64,000 nt of DNA from Lytechinus pictus (Eukaryota). The notes beneath the pieces were generated by a model. It was given only the letters and a program-made list of their open reading frames with translations, searched no databases and was not told where the DNA came from. The translations under genes and the position numbers were made by a program. Below, in pieces: positions 25,301-35,236 of this stretch; within the stretch, counting starts at the first letter, position 1, and each line of letters opens with the position of its first letter. Where the stretch lies: the NCBI RefSeq assembly GCF_037042905.1, contig NC_087245.1, forward strand, positions 35,774,001 to 35,838,000, given 5' to 3'.

Positions 25301-28300
25301 NATATTGGGGAAATAATAATCTCATTGAATATGGAAGTATTAAATCAAGTGTCAAAGAAGGCATCGATATGAAAATATCTTGATCTTAGAATAGCTGAAA
25401 AAGCTATTCAAACTTGGCTCATGTATGAAATATGTACATGTATGGGAGGAATGATGGACTGGTTTGATTTGCGGGGAGGGAGCATGAGGTCAAAGGTTAC
25501 AGAGGTCATTAAGACATTGGCATATCTCTTGTTTGATAACTTTAGAAACGTTTTAGGGTTAAACCTCAAACTTGGTTCATTTATGCTTAATAATGTAAGT
25601 GATTTTAGTCTGTTACGATTTTGGGGTCATAATCAAAGAAATATCACGAGTTAGGTACAATGTATGAAACCTAATCTTGATTTCGCAAATTATGCGGAAT
25701 CATTACTTTCGATTGTACTGTTGAGAGTCCCTCAAGCAGCAATGAAATCAAGGCCGGCCATGGTCTTGACCTCAGGTCGCTTCATATGTGCAAAGTCTAT
25801 CAATGGGAAAAGATGATCTCTAGTGGCCTTGTGACTGGCAGAAGTATCGGCCTCGTCTATAACCCTTCACATCAGTAATTCATTATCAATCAGTCTAACA
25901 TCATAGCGAGAAACAGTTCTATAGACCATTTCGGATTGTAAGGGGTAATAGAAAAAGTTGCAAAATATGTTTTTATGTTATTTTTTATATTCAGATCATA
26001 GTTGTACTTGGTTGGTTGACATCCTTTGCCATTGGAATGTCCCTGGTGTATGGTCTGTATAGTATTTTCGATCACCCAGGGATGGAGCTCGTTCCTCTGG
26101 ACAAGACTCTTAATGTTCTGTATGGCAGCATCGGCAAACTTGCCTGGACATTGGCTATGTCCTGGGTAGTCTTCTCCTGTCATCATGGCTACGGAGGTAA
26201 TTAACTAATCTCCTTAATGGTCACTCCTTAATCGGCGAATATGCAGTCAGTTAGGAATGGAAACGATTTCGTTCCACTTCCTAATTCGTGAATTACGTGT
26301 GGAACAAGGTTTAGTTTCAATCCTTTATGAGTGGATTCATAGTGAATTTGGAGTGAAAGAAAAGGTTTGATTTCACTCCATAACCTGGAAAAGATTAGCT
26401 ATACTCCTTATTGACTGAATTAATAGCGAATAAAGAGCGTTAAAGAGTTTAGTTTAACTTCTTAATGAGTGAAATTACAGTAAGTAGTGTATGTAAAAAG
26501 TTTTGTGTCACAGCTTAAGGGAATTTATAGTGAAGTTATATTTTCACCACTTAATAAATGAAAAAAAAATGAGTGTAAGTGCATGTCGGACCCAAAATTG
26601 CTCAAAAAACATGATTTTGAATGCGTAGTCAATGCAAATTGTGTTTTTATTTTCAACCAAAAATTGTGATTGTATTGATGTTTTGCTAGTTGAAACAGAT
26701 TTTGTGATTGATATTTATGATCGCAAAAGGGCCCCCAACATCTCATCTGTATTGTTCATTATTACAGGTGTGATAAATCGATTTCTTTCCTGGAGATTGT
26801 GGATCCCTTTGTCTCGATTGACGTTCTGTGCGTATCTACTACATCCTGCTATTATTTATCTCTTCACTGGAACCGTTACAACGAGCTACAATGTAACCGT
26901 CATCGATCAGGTAGGCCAGTGTACAGCATGGTTTACCAAGTAAACTTACTGATTGAAAAGAAAATAATGAATTGTAATATATGGAACAACCTATTTTCAT
27001 TTAACCATTGGTGTCGATGACTGACATGTATTTTGTTCTGTGAGGATTTTTAAAGTTAAGGTGTTTTTTTTTTTTGGGGGGGGGGGGACGGGGTCAGTGT
27101 CGCAACAAGTCCAAGATTTATCAAGTAATATTGAACATCCTGCCTTGGTTTCAGGTCACATGACCAAGGTCAAAGGTCATTTAGGGTCAATGAACTTAGA
27201 CCATGCTGGGGGAATCAATATCGAAATCTAACCTAATGTTAAGTTTTTGAAATGTCATCATAACTTTAATAGAAAGTACGTGGACCTAGTTCATTAAACT
27301 GGGACATATGGATAATCAAGTATTACTGAATATCCTGCTTGAGTTTCAGGTCACATGACTAAAGGTCAAAGGTCATTTAGGGTCATTGAACTTTGGGCAT
27401 ATTGGGGGTATTTGTTGAATTTCCATCATAACTTTTAAAGTTTATGGATCTAGTTCATAAAACTTGGACATAAGTATCACTAAACATCCTGTGTGAGTTT
27501 CTGGTCACATGACCAAGCTGGAAGGTCATTTAAGGTCGATGAACTTTGGTCATGTTGTAGGTAATTTTTGCATTGGCATCATAACTTTAAAAGTTTATGG
27601 ATATAGTTAATGAAATGGGGTAATCCACTATCATTGCTCATCTTGCACAAGTCTTAGGTCACCTGATCAAGGTCAAATGTCATTTAGGGTCAATGAACGT
27701 AGTAGCATATTATATGAATGGTGTTTTTTGTGAATAATTATTTTATAGTAATTTTCAAGGTCAGCACAGCTGCTATATTGAATCGTGTGATGCAGGCGAG
27801 ACAGCCAGAGGCACTCCACTTTTTCATGGTTATTTCCGTTTATACACTCCTTTAACAATTTTATTTCTCATTGCTTTTTTATGTTCTTCACTTGTTTCTT
27901 ACGTCCTAAAAAGTCACGACACGGTGCGGTATCATCTTTTTCATGTTACAGATTTATCACGAAAATCATTTAGGGTTGAAAGAGACTCGTATAGAAAGTA
28001 TTATATACGTCTTATCATATATCCTAGCAATATATGCAATAGTGTTGTTCAACCCTAAAAGGATTGGGGTATTTGTGATGTACATGTATTAATGATTGGG
28101 GGCATGATGGCCCCCTTCAGATCTTGGCCGCCGTTCGCGCCGAAATTCGGCACGCTTATTCAAATGACAAACCATTATTTTAAAAATCCTGAAATTATTA
28201 TTTTTTAATTATCATGAATAAAATATGCAAATTTGAGTGTGAAAATATTATTTACATATTTAACACCCAATTTCAGGCAGAATTTAATTTTGTCATACAT

Positions 28301-28880
28301 AGAATTTTGTCATCTAATATTTAGGTTTTCACAAAGAAACATTGCAAGAGCTATATTTTCTTTCCTTCTGTGTCATTTCCTTTGTATATTTTTGTTTTTC
28401 ATTTTTTTATCAATGAAAATTATTACACCGTTAAACAACTTAATTTAACACTAGAATAATTAAGCAGACTAATTATAATGGAAAATTATATATAAATAAA
28501 TGATAATGATAATAAAAATCTCCCATTGTCTTTGCACACAAAGTTAAAAAATGAGGCAGTTACATGGGATAAGATGCATAAAATGTAGCAAGTGCTTTTG
28601 CTAGGCATTCTCAACAGTTGCGCTACACTTCAAAGAAGAAAGTTTAGGATTAAATAGCTACTTCAATTATTGCAAGTCACGTGTTCTACAATTTAAATAC
28701 TGCCGAAACAGTAATAAAAAAAAACTGTTTAAATAGTATTAGTATCTGTTTTTTCCTCTTCCCATTCAGAGTTTTCTTTTCGCTGGTTTCGTCACGATCA
28801 GCTACTCAGCAGCTTCCATCCTCTCTTCGTTGATTGAGATGCCGATAGGAAGTCTTCAAAAAATGTTCCTAAAGAGATAA
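846..28880 (+). CDS. OACYL: NRF-6 / O-acyltransferase-like protein (N-terminal NRF domain + Acyl_transf_3 multi-pass domain), 16 coding exons, ~695 aa
   Basis: Exons joined by GT-AG with matching phases: 846-891, 8015-8233, 8745-8890, 9461-9542, 10763-10853, 11925-12097, 12644-12823, 15940-16036, 17459-17551, 18868-19039, 19607-19686, 20939-21049, 24744-24885, 25995-26196, 26768-26910, 28770-28880 (2088 nt = 696 codons incl. TAA). Motifs: signal peptide; IDATGKPSSGILQGNVAWLGDFRQC, GVCVPEEC (NRF); CLHGMRVISMFWIIMGH, DTFFFL, HRYLRITP, WWTNFLYINNF, WSWYLATDMQ, PLSRLTFCAYLLHP, IEMP (AT3). The symbol is family-level; exact orthology is untested. Confidence 0.93.
1169..2021. mobile_element. hAT-like non-autonomous element containing CGCGCTTCGCGCTCGC-type subrepeats
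   Basis: CAGTGGCGTA ... TACGCCACTG termini; no clean TSD. Confidence 0.5.
2910..3560 (+). repeat. Degenerate ~110-120 bp tandem repeat with core AAAATTTTCAGCTCGCGCTTCGCGCTCGCATT
   Basis: About 6 cores. The same family occurs at ~1500-1970, 21310-21670 (-), 45780-46720 and 62490-62840 (-). Confidence 0.75.
3713..4126. mobile_element. GGGGCGGATCC-terminated MITE cluster with ~60-bp internal tandem repeats
   Basis: GGCGGATCCA ... TGGATCCGCCCCTG inverted ends; relatives at 19751-20053 and 29879-30121. Confidence 0.65.
4248..4426. mobile_element. Fold-back MITE with TAGCC...GGCTA termini
   Basis: 28-bp perfect TIR TAGCCTATAATCTAGGCGGAGGCTGCAG plus an inner inverted arm; flanked by GGTGGGGC direct repeats. 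Confidence 0.8.
5477..6266. mobile_element. Tc1/mariner-type MITE with long TIRs
   Basis: TA|CAGTGCGTCCCA ... TGGGACGCACTG|TA; inverted arms extend over 200 bp. Confidence 0.88.
6430..7590 (-). mobile_element. Decayed L2/CR1-group LINE fragment (AP-endonuclease and linker)
   Basis: ORF 7237-7458: GDQNCD...YGLRQFVSKPTRITSETSAITDLF (GDxN / PTR / IDL motifs), with stops and frameshifts nearby. Confidence 0.75.
7599..7764 (-). mobile_element. Solo end of the Kolobok-like MITE seen at 22109-22692
   Basis: Reverse complement of its left arm, ending GGGTTTCATTCTCCT. Confidence 0.8.
8015..8233 (+). CDS. OACYL-like exon 2
   Basis: ccag|GT acceptor, A|gtaagt donor; ILFFLSGVCGFSPVQA...KCFTEIEQIF. Confidence 0.85.
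8745..8890 (+). CDS. OACYL-like exon 3 (NRF domain core)
   Basis: IDATGKPSSGILQGNVAWLGDFRQC...HYC; tttcag acceptor, gtaata donor. Confidence 0.93.
9461..9542 (+). CDS. OACYL-like exon 4
   Basis: VSGSLSLGVCVPEECSGKDI; ttttag acceptor, gtgagt donor. Confidence 0.9.
10763..10853 (+). CDS. OACYL-like exon 5
   Basis: DILLFNGTKNLMIHCSDRLNPLSDSGFICTI; ttgcag / gtatgt; phase 1 to phase 2 bridges exons 4 and 6. Confidence 0.8.
11057..11325 (+). mobile_element. tRNA-derived SINE (family A), 5'-truncated, (ATT)n tail
   Basis: B box GGTCGAATCCC and core CTCGACCCAGGT...AATGGGTACC. Other copies at ~34140-34410 (+), 49755-50030 (+), 50040-50330 (-) and 7790-7945 (-). Confidence 0.8.
11925..12097 (+). CDS. 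OACYL-like exon 6 (first TM helix)
   Basis: VFLSLLCALCLGATAYESY...; G|gtaatg donor. Confidence 0.87.
12644..12823 (+). CDS. OACYL-like exon 7
   Basis: CFSL...CLHGMRVISMFWIIMGHS; ctccag / gtaaga. Confidence 0.93.
13044..14300 (+). mobile_element. Non-autonomous Helentron/DINE-1-like (HINE; Tsp/pearl-type) element with internal satellite
   Basis: T-run, 5' subTIR TGTCTCGCCCAC (13048), partial inverted copy GGCGAGAC (13070), GTCC microsatellite (13092-13110), tandem array, 3' subTIR GTGGGCGAGACA (14269-14280), hairpin CAAAA-TCGC-TTTTG. Confidence 0.8.
13121..14179 (+). repeat. 157-bp tandem repeat, ~6.7 copies
   Basis: AACTCC anchors at 13131, 13289, 13446, 13603, 13760, 13917 and 14074. Confidence 0.95.
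14375..15290 (-). mobile_element. L1/Tx1-like LINE 3' fragment (C-terminal zinc-binding region), frameshifted
   Basis: LRYFQYKLFNRII...CTFCSSSVESISHLFWDCP (CxxC..H...C, zf-RVT-like) and ILHAKYFIF; second copy at 55464-56315. Confidence 0.85.
15940..16036 (+). CDS. OACYL-like exon 8
   Basis: ...AYVALDTFFFLG; tttcag / gtaagt. Confidence 0.92.
16167..16385 (+). repeat. (TAC)n microsatellite running into an N-run
   Basis: Direct reading. Confidence 0.97.
17459..17551 (+). CDS. OACYL-like exon 9
   Basis: GLLVAY...HRYLR; atacag / gtaata. Confidence 0.92.
18868..19039 (+). CDS. OACYL-like exon 10
   Basis: ITPAM...GEGPFW...CYDWWWTNFLYINNF; ccacag / gtacag. Confidence 0.93.
19607..19686 (+). CDS. 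OACYL-like exon 11
   Basis: CLSWSWYLATDMQLF; gttcag / gtaaga. Confidence 0.93.
20939..21049 (+). CDS. OACYL-like exon 12
   Basis: FPVIGIFVLCLLTVTSIIIRAVLF TM helix; ttacag / gtaaat. Confidence 0.88.
21715..22910. mobile_element. Kolobok-like MITE (outer), interrupted by a nested MITE
   Basis: TTAA|AGGTCAAGTCCGCCCC ... GGGGTGGACTTG (right tip lost); uninterrupted relative at 40623-41214. Confidence 0.8.
22109..22692. mobile_element. Kolobok-like MITE (inner) with TTAA TSD
   Basis: TTAA|AGGAGAATGAAAC ... GTTTCATTCTCCT|TTAA, long inverted arms; duplicate at 63286-63869. Confidence 0.88.
23560..23746 (-). mobile_element. tRNA-derived SINE (family B)
   Basis: A box TGGCTCAGTTGG and B box GGTTCAAACC, followed by a non-tRNA body. 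Confidence 0.75.
23933..24095 (+). repeat. (ATT)n microsatellite
   Basis: Direct reading. Confidence 0.95.
24744..24885 (+). CDS. OACYL-like exon 13
   Basis: KPYANATPYLIGIAMGY; tcatag / gtaagt. Confidence 0.9.
25995..26196 (+). CDS. OACYL-like exon 14
   Basis: GW...LAWTLAMSWVVFSCHHGYGG; attcag / gtaatt. Confidence 0.92.
26768..26910 (+). CDS. OACYL-like exon 15
   Basis: INRFLSWRLWIPLSRLTFCAYLLHP; ttacag / gtaggc. Confidence 0.93.
27115..27823 (+). mobile_element. 5'-truncated HINE/Tsp-like element with ~170-bp tandem repeats
   Basis: About 4 units with GGTCACATGACCAAGGTCAAAGGTCATTTAGGGTCA and a 3' GCAGGCGAGAC subTIR; related fragments at ~5150-5447 and 25310-25700. Confidence 0.7.
28770..28880 (+). 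CDS. OACYL-like exon 16 (terminal)
   Basis: SFLFAGFVTISYSAASILSSLIEMPIGSLQKMFLKR-TAA. Confidence 0.9.
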   Translation, partial: SFLFAGFVTISYSAASILSSLIEMPIGSLQKMFLKR

Positions 28881-31800
28881 TTCATACTTTGAGTTTTGAC
28901 ACCAATTATTGTTTGGTGTAAAAATAAGTGAATCTCTGGAAAATAATGTTCAACTGAAGAAGCCAAGAAACTCAAACAGTATAAGCAATAACATAACATG
29001 AACTAAGAAGACACGGGAACATAATTGAGTTGAACTCGAAGAAGTATGGTAGGGCACTAGTATATTGAAATGACCCCTGTGCCTCACTATAACCTCATAT
29101 CATAATTAAGTAAATTATTTTATTCAATTTAAGGAATATTAAACAATCGTAAAAGAGAATGGAAGAGCTAATTAAAATTTACGAGAGCAATTTATAAAAG
29201 AATATCAATTAAGAGATAAGTGGATGGAGATGAATAACATGTTAATAATAATAATTGTGGCTACTTACCGGTATATAGCGCACAGGCCTTATCTACCTTT
29301 CGGTGCTCATGGCGCTTTAAAAAAAGACCCTGCTATTATTGCTATAATTTGGATGATTATGTTGAACAAAATAATCAGATGTGAGAATGATGAATGAATT
29401 TGGAGGATAAAATAATAAGGTATCTTTATTGTTACTGTAAAATGATTGGCATTCTTTAGCTTGAAATATTTTTGAAATATATTTGTTTTTAATATGTCCG
29501 CTATTTTTATGAAGTCATAGAAAATGAGGATATGTTTAAAATAATATATGGTGCTAATGGGTTATCTATTTATCCACTTGCCTACATGTATGACTAGAAA
29601 AATTAAGATTGTTTTCTGTATGATTATACATCATTTAAAATATCTGAACTAATGAGAAATTTATTTGCTATGTATTTTATTTTGTGTATTTCTCAAGTAT
29701 TGCATTGTGTGTGTTTTTTTGCAAAACTCAAAAGTTAATAAGATAATTATGTGCTTTGAATTTGTTCACGGGGGTAGCGAGTTACAATGTCATGATGATA
29801 CAATTACTTTTTTCATTGTTGAATTGTAGAAAAAAAATTCTTATTCCAATCGATATGTAATTGGAGTACTTCAGGGCACAGGCGGATCCGGGGGGGGGGG
29901 CACAGCCGGCCCGCCCCCCCCCCCCCTTTGAAAGGCACAATTAAACTTTGTACTGTAAATATGCCGTTAAAACACAAGTGTCCCCCCTCCCCTTTGACTT
30001 TGAAAGTGAGGACCTTTTTTTTTTCTTCTTTTTTGTACTTGCTTGTCAAATTTTTTCGTGGACCAAATGTCCTTAATTTTGGGGTGAAAACCTTTTTTTT
30101 TTAACCCTGGATCCGCCCCTGCTTCAGGTTTTTTTCCCGTTTGCGCTAAATATTGGTATGTTTTACATTCCAAGCTGTATTGATATTCTATTTCCAAGGC
30201 AGTGTGTGTACTTATGTTTCTAATGTGTTATTAAAATGTGGCGATAACACTGGTATTTCTTTTTTTTTATACAAATTCTATTTTGTTAATACTTTTTATA
30301 TTAAAATGAAAATGTAACTAAATCCTGTCAACCATATTCCACTCATGTTTAATTCATGTTGTGTCTTGTCATACGTAAGTGATTATCTATTAATCTGGAA
30401 TATTTATGCATCCTACTTTTTAGTACATTCTTTTAAAAGCTTGCATGTCTACGTATTAATCAATGTCTGGTACATGTGGGAATTTGGAGTAGTAATTGAT
30501 TTATTGAAAATAGATCGATGAAATAACAGTTTTGAATTCATGGACGTCCATACATGTAATAACGTGTATACCATCAGTCAATATATTATTTTCCACATAA
30601 AATCAGAAATGAAATACATGAAAATCAAGAATTATTTGCAATAGATACCTTCACTCCTAATAACGTGCATCCAAGTCTAATTTCACCTTCGAGAGCCCTT
30701 TGAAGATTATAGCAGAACAAGATAGCCAATTTCAGTGACAATTACAAAATACAACTGTTCTCCAATGGGGTATTTCAGGCTGGAAAGAAGTACATCTAAA
30801 TAAATAGTGAAATTAACAAGAGCAAAACGCTGAAATTTTCATCTAAATCTGGTAACAAAGAATGAGGTTATAGAAGTTTGAAATTCATAAATATTTTAAC
30901 AGTCACATGTTTATGCACACCGTCATGAATATGCAAAACAGTGGGATGATGTCATGTCCCCACTTCCCTGTTTTCTGTCACTACATGATATAATTATTTC
31001 ATATTTTCGTATACGTTTGTGTAAGTAACAAAATAAGTTGCAGCAATCACCTCACACATTAAATCAGTGGTTAATCAAAGTTTGCATTCTTCGAGGACAT
31101 TTTTTTAATAAACATAATTTCATATTGTAAAAAACAAAATAATATATAAGTGGTGATACGACATCATCAGTTTTCTAATTGCATATCCATTAACTTTAGA
31201 ACGGTATCACCGAAATTATGCATAACTGCAAAATGTCATAACTGTTATTCATCGTCCGAGTTTTGATGAAATATTCAGTGTTTTTCTTGTCCGATTCAAC
31301 CTGTTTACCCATTCAAATTATTTTGTTTTCGGCCTGGATTACCACCCGAGTTTTTGCTTTAGGAACAATTCGTAATCATCGAAAATGGGTTCGTTCATGG
31401 CCGTTCGCAGCGGGGCAGTTGCCCCAAGAAATTTTGAAAACTTAACTCTTTTTTACTGAAAATTGTCACAAAATTCACTAAAAGTATGCACAAAATCCTT
31501 CAGTTTCACTTTACAACATGCATGGTTGTATATTGTTGATTTACCTCTTATTTGGCTACAGCCTACAGCTGTTACTTTCAGCAAAAACTGTTACATATCT
31601 TGTAGCCCAAAATGAATAAAAGCATGAAATACTAGATGTTATTTTCTGTCTAACACGAAATTATTCTTAACTTATCCATATACCAACTTGTGAAAACTCT
31701 GCTCACATAGATGAGGACATATAGGCTGGCGATAAGGACAATATAAAACCCTTTTTCGAGGCTTGCGGTTTTGAGTTTTACTGTACTTAAAAAGCAAAAT

Positions 31801-32204
31801 ATTAAGCTGGCAGGGTGTGAACATGAAAACTTTATTGTACTAGTATTCTGCTTCATATTTTTCCAATGATGTATAGTCCTGAGTGATTGGCCTAATTGTG
31901 ATGGCTTCTGACATAGTCTTTAGTAAAACAAATAGTTGGCTCACGCATATCGGGTCCATGAATATAGCATGTTCTAGATCATTGGCCTTGGTTATAGAAG
32001 TCCTTAATCATCATTACCAGGTCCCTCGAAGATGACCTAGATCTGGAAGTCCTCCGGTTGATCGCATACGTTTCCACGCTAGTTTTTAGCTGTCCCGTCA
32101 CATAACCATGCATGCAGGGGAAAATATTTCTCTTCATGAATTATAGAAAATTGTATTCACACATAAAAATACATGTAGATTTAGTCTGTGTGTGTGTATC
32201 TTAA

Positions 32205-35200
32205 TTAGACCTCATCTGATATTCTTCTGAGGTGATTATGGTGTTTTGTCAATGCCGCTGCAGCTGCTGCTGCTGCAGATGCCCTACGAGTGGTAAGTGG
32301 CGACCCGATGAGTCCCTGACGCGGTAAGGTCGGCGATCGCGGAGACGTCGGTGACATGTGTCCCGATAGTGCCTGAATCTGTAACGGCTTTGAACCTCTG
32401 CCATCTAACGCCGATGAAGGGACTGAAGAACCCCTCCTTGAAGTCACTGAGGAGTTCACCACGCGTCCTCCTACATGCCCTATGAGATTCGGTTGAGTGT
32501 TTTGACGACGAAGTGGTGGTCTCTTCCGTCCGAGTCTTCCCTGTTGTATCGATTCTATGATAAATTGCTTTTCTTCCCAGTCCCGTTTGGTGCTCCATCC
32601 CAGGGAGTCTGCATCGATCATGTCCATAGTGCTCCGTCTCATCAGATATCGTGATCGGTCACAATGCTGCCGTGGTGACGGATGATAGTACTCATTCGAA
32701 TTTGGTAGACTAGTCGAATCTTCACTCGTAACGATACTATCCGGTGTGTCGCGTTCGGAGGTCGTGTAATCGGTTTGATCCGGTTCGTCCTCTGCCATAC
32801 TGGCAAGCCGTGGCGGTCGGCTGTCTTCGGGCGTCATAAATCCAGGCGAAACGATGCCGAAATCCGACCCGAATTGAATCGAGGCGCGAGTTGGGCTAGT
32901 TCGTCTTATAAGAAAATTTTCCGGTGGAGATGGTGATCCAAACTGTATGCTTTGTCGTCGCTGGAACGATGAAATCCCAACGTGTTCATCTAGATCTAAT
33001 TCCACATCTTGGTGTTCGCCAAATAGAATGTCGTCATCCGAAAGAGGCTCCAGTATCGGTAGTTCACCACATATCGATTCCATATCGATATTTCTCGAGT
33101 ACTCGGTTGGAAGTCGTATCATTGGATTGTGTTCGGTTAATTTTCTATTTGGTTTGCTATTTCCCTCGGGGTTTTGCTGACGATAAGATGCAATGAGTAG
33201 CTTCATGGCTCGTCGAATACCTTTGATTTCCTTTCTGACAAGATGATGAGCGTCTTTAATGTTATCCTGCAATGATAAAATTAATTTAGAATGATTAAAG
33301 AGTATGTGCGCGTGCATTATCTACATTTTCCAAATTCATGACTTTGTTTCTATGCACAGGGTTATAATTTTCTTCTGATAGTGAATCGGAGCTGACTCGG
33401 CTGAGAATATTTTTGTTTCTTTCTCAATTTCTTCCTAATTTCTGCCTTCCTTTCTTTTTTCCTCCCTTTCTTCGTCCCTTTCTTTAATTCTTCCTTTCTT
33501 CTCTCTTGTTTTTCCTCTCTTCCTTCCCTCTTTTCCATTTCTTCTTTCCTTCTTTCTTTCATTTTCCTTAAGTTTGTTTCTTTCATATATTTCATTCATT
33601 CATTTATCATGTTTATATTTTTATCTAATTTTGTTTATTTATTTTATTTAATATTTTTCTTCATTCTCGATTTCCTCCTCTCTATTACCCCCACCCGCTT
33701 CTCTTACTATGACTATATATATGTGTATATACACACATTGGTATCATAATATCCAAATCGATACATGATTAAAGCGAACAGGTCATGATACCCCAGATCC
33801 TATTGAGATCTATTAACGATGTTGACGGGCCCCAATCATCAGCGGAGTAGCTTTTGAATAAGACAAGAAAAAAGATATACGACCTCCACATGCGGCATAT
33901 TGTCGCCATATTCTTTATATCATTGATTTTACACAGCTTTATGACTTCGGGGTGAATTGAGAAAAGAACAATGTGAACGAGTAGACAGTATAACTATAAT
34001 GTTTCGAATGTTCCACCACTTGCCCGTCGGCTCTTTTGGTGTATCTAATTTTAAACTGGTAATTTGGCATTATAGGGCACAGCTCCCTGCTAATTGCTTT
34101 CCCGGGGTCGAACCACGTGTCTATATTTTAATCCATATTAGGTTGTGGGTTCAAATCCAAGCCATGGTGTAATTTCCTTCAGCAAGAAATTGATCCACAT
34201 TGTGATGCACCCAACCCAGGTGAGATAAAGGGGTACCTGGCAAGAATTTATTCCTTGAAATGCGTGTGCCATGTAAATGATTACGGCCGCCAAGCTATTA
34301 AAACCGGGGTAATAATATCCAAGCCCTTTGGAAGCGAAGAGACGTTATAATCATAATGTGATATGCGATATGCAAGAACTGTCATTATTATTATCATCAT
34401 CATCATTATTGTTGTGATTAAAAACTTATTACCTAGATGATATAAAGATTACTGAACAAAACATGCAAACGAGAAAGCGAGCACTTTGCTTTCGATTTTG
34501 TGATTGGTCAAACCATTTGTACTATGTACTTAGAAAAAAAAAAAGGTATTAGTGATAAGAGCTATAAGAAAATTGGGTATTACCATTAGCATTCGCAGAA
34601 ATTAGCATTAATCATCTAATGGAATTGAAGTCGATTGGCTTGGGTAAACTATTGTTCTACAATGCGACCAGAATAACACATATTCTTTGTCCTCTCAGTA
34701 ATAAATAGGTTTGCGTGTCTCATGTTGTGGGATAAATCGACCGGTAAGCAGCATCCGACAAATTTTGAATCAATAAGATCGAACAATCGTAACATTTCAG
34801 TATCGATTGGGGAAATTAGGCGGTATTAATGTAAGCAGGAAGAATGACAAAACTCTGAAGGGTTCGTTTTATTGCCAGGTGCATTCAATGCTGGCTTTTC
34901 GTATCAGTGAGGGTGAAATGAAGTGTTATATCTTCGGTGTGACAAGATGTCAAAAGGTTTGGGCCACTTGACGGTCAAATTATCGATTCATTGTTTGGGA
35001 AAAGTTGTCAAAGAATACAAAAATCAGAGTTACTTCGGAAGACTTAGCCAAAAGTTTCATACGTATATACCCAGCCGATATTTTCAGTAATTCCTAAATA
35101 GTATATAGAAATCAAATAAATAACCGTTATAACTTACGAGATCTGATCGAAGCTCGGACACTTCCTGATGGAGAATAACTCGTCTTTCTTTGAAACCCAT

Positions 35201-35236
35201 TTTAGATAAGGATTCCTTAGCCAGAGCTGAAAGCAT
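32205..35236 (-). CDS. Uncharacterised protein, ~386 aa: N-terminal predicted coiled coil plus S/R/P-rich disordered tail
   Basis: Exon 35138-35239 (acacag acceptor, gtaagt donor, candidate ATG at 35236) splices in phase 0 to the 1062-nt terminal exon 32205-33266 (ttgcag acceptor). The terminal exon is a long GC-elevated open frame in AT-rich DNA. The true start could lie in further upstream exons. Confidence 0.78.

Noticed and set aside
33362-33595. K/E/R-rich ORF
   Set aside because: Low-complexity polypyrimidine/purine tract inside an intron; no splice support
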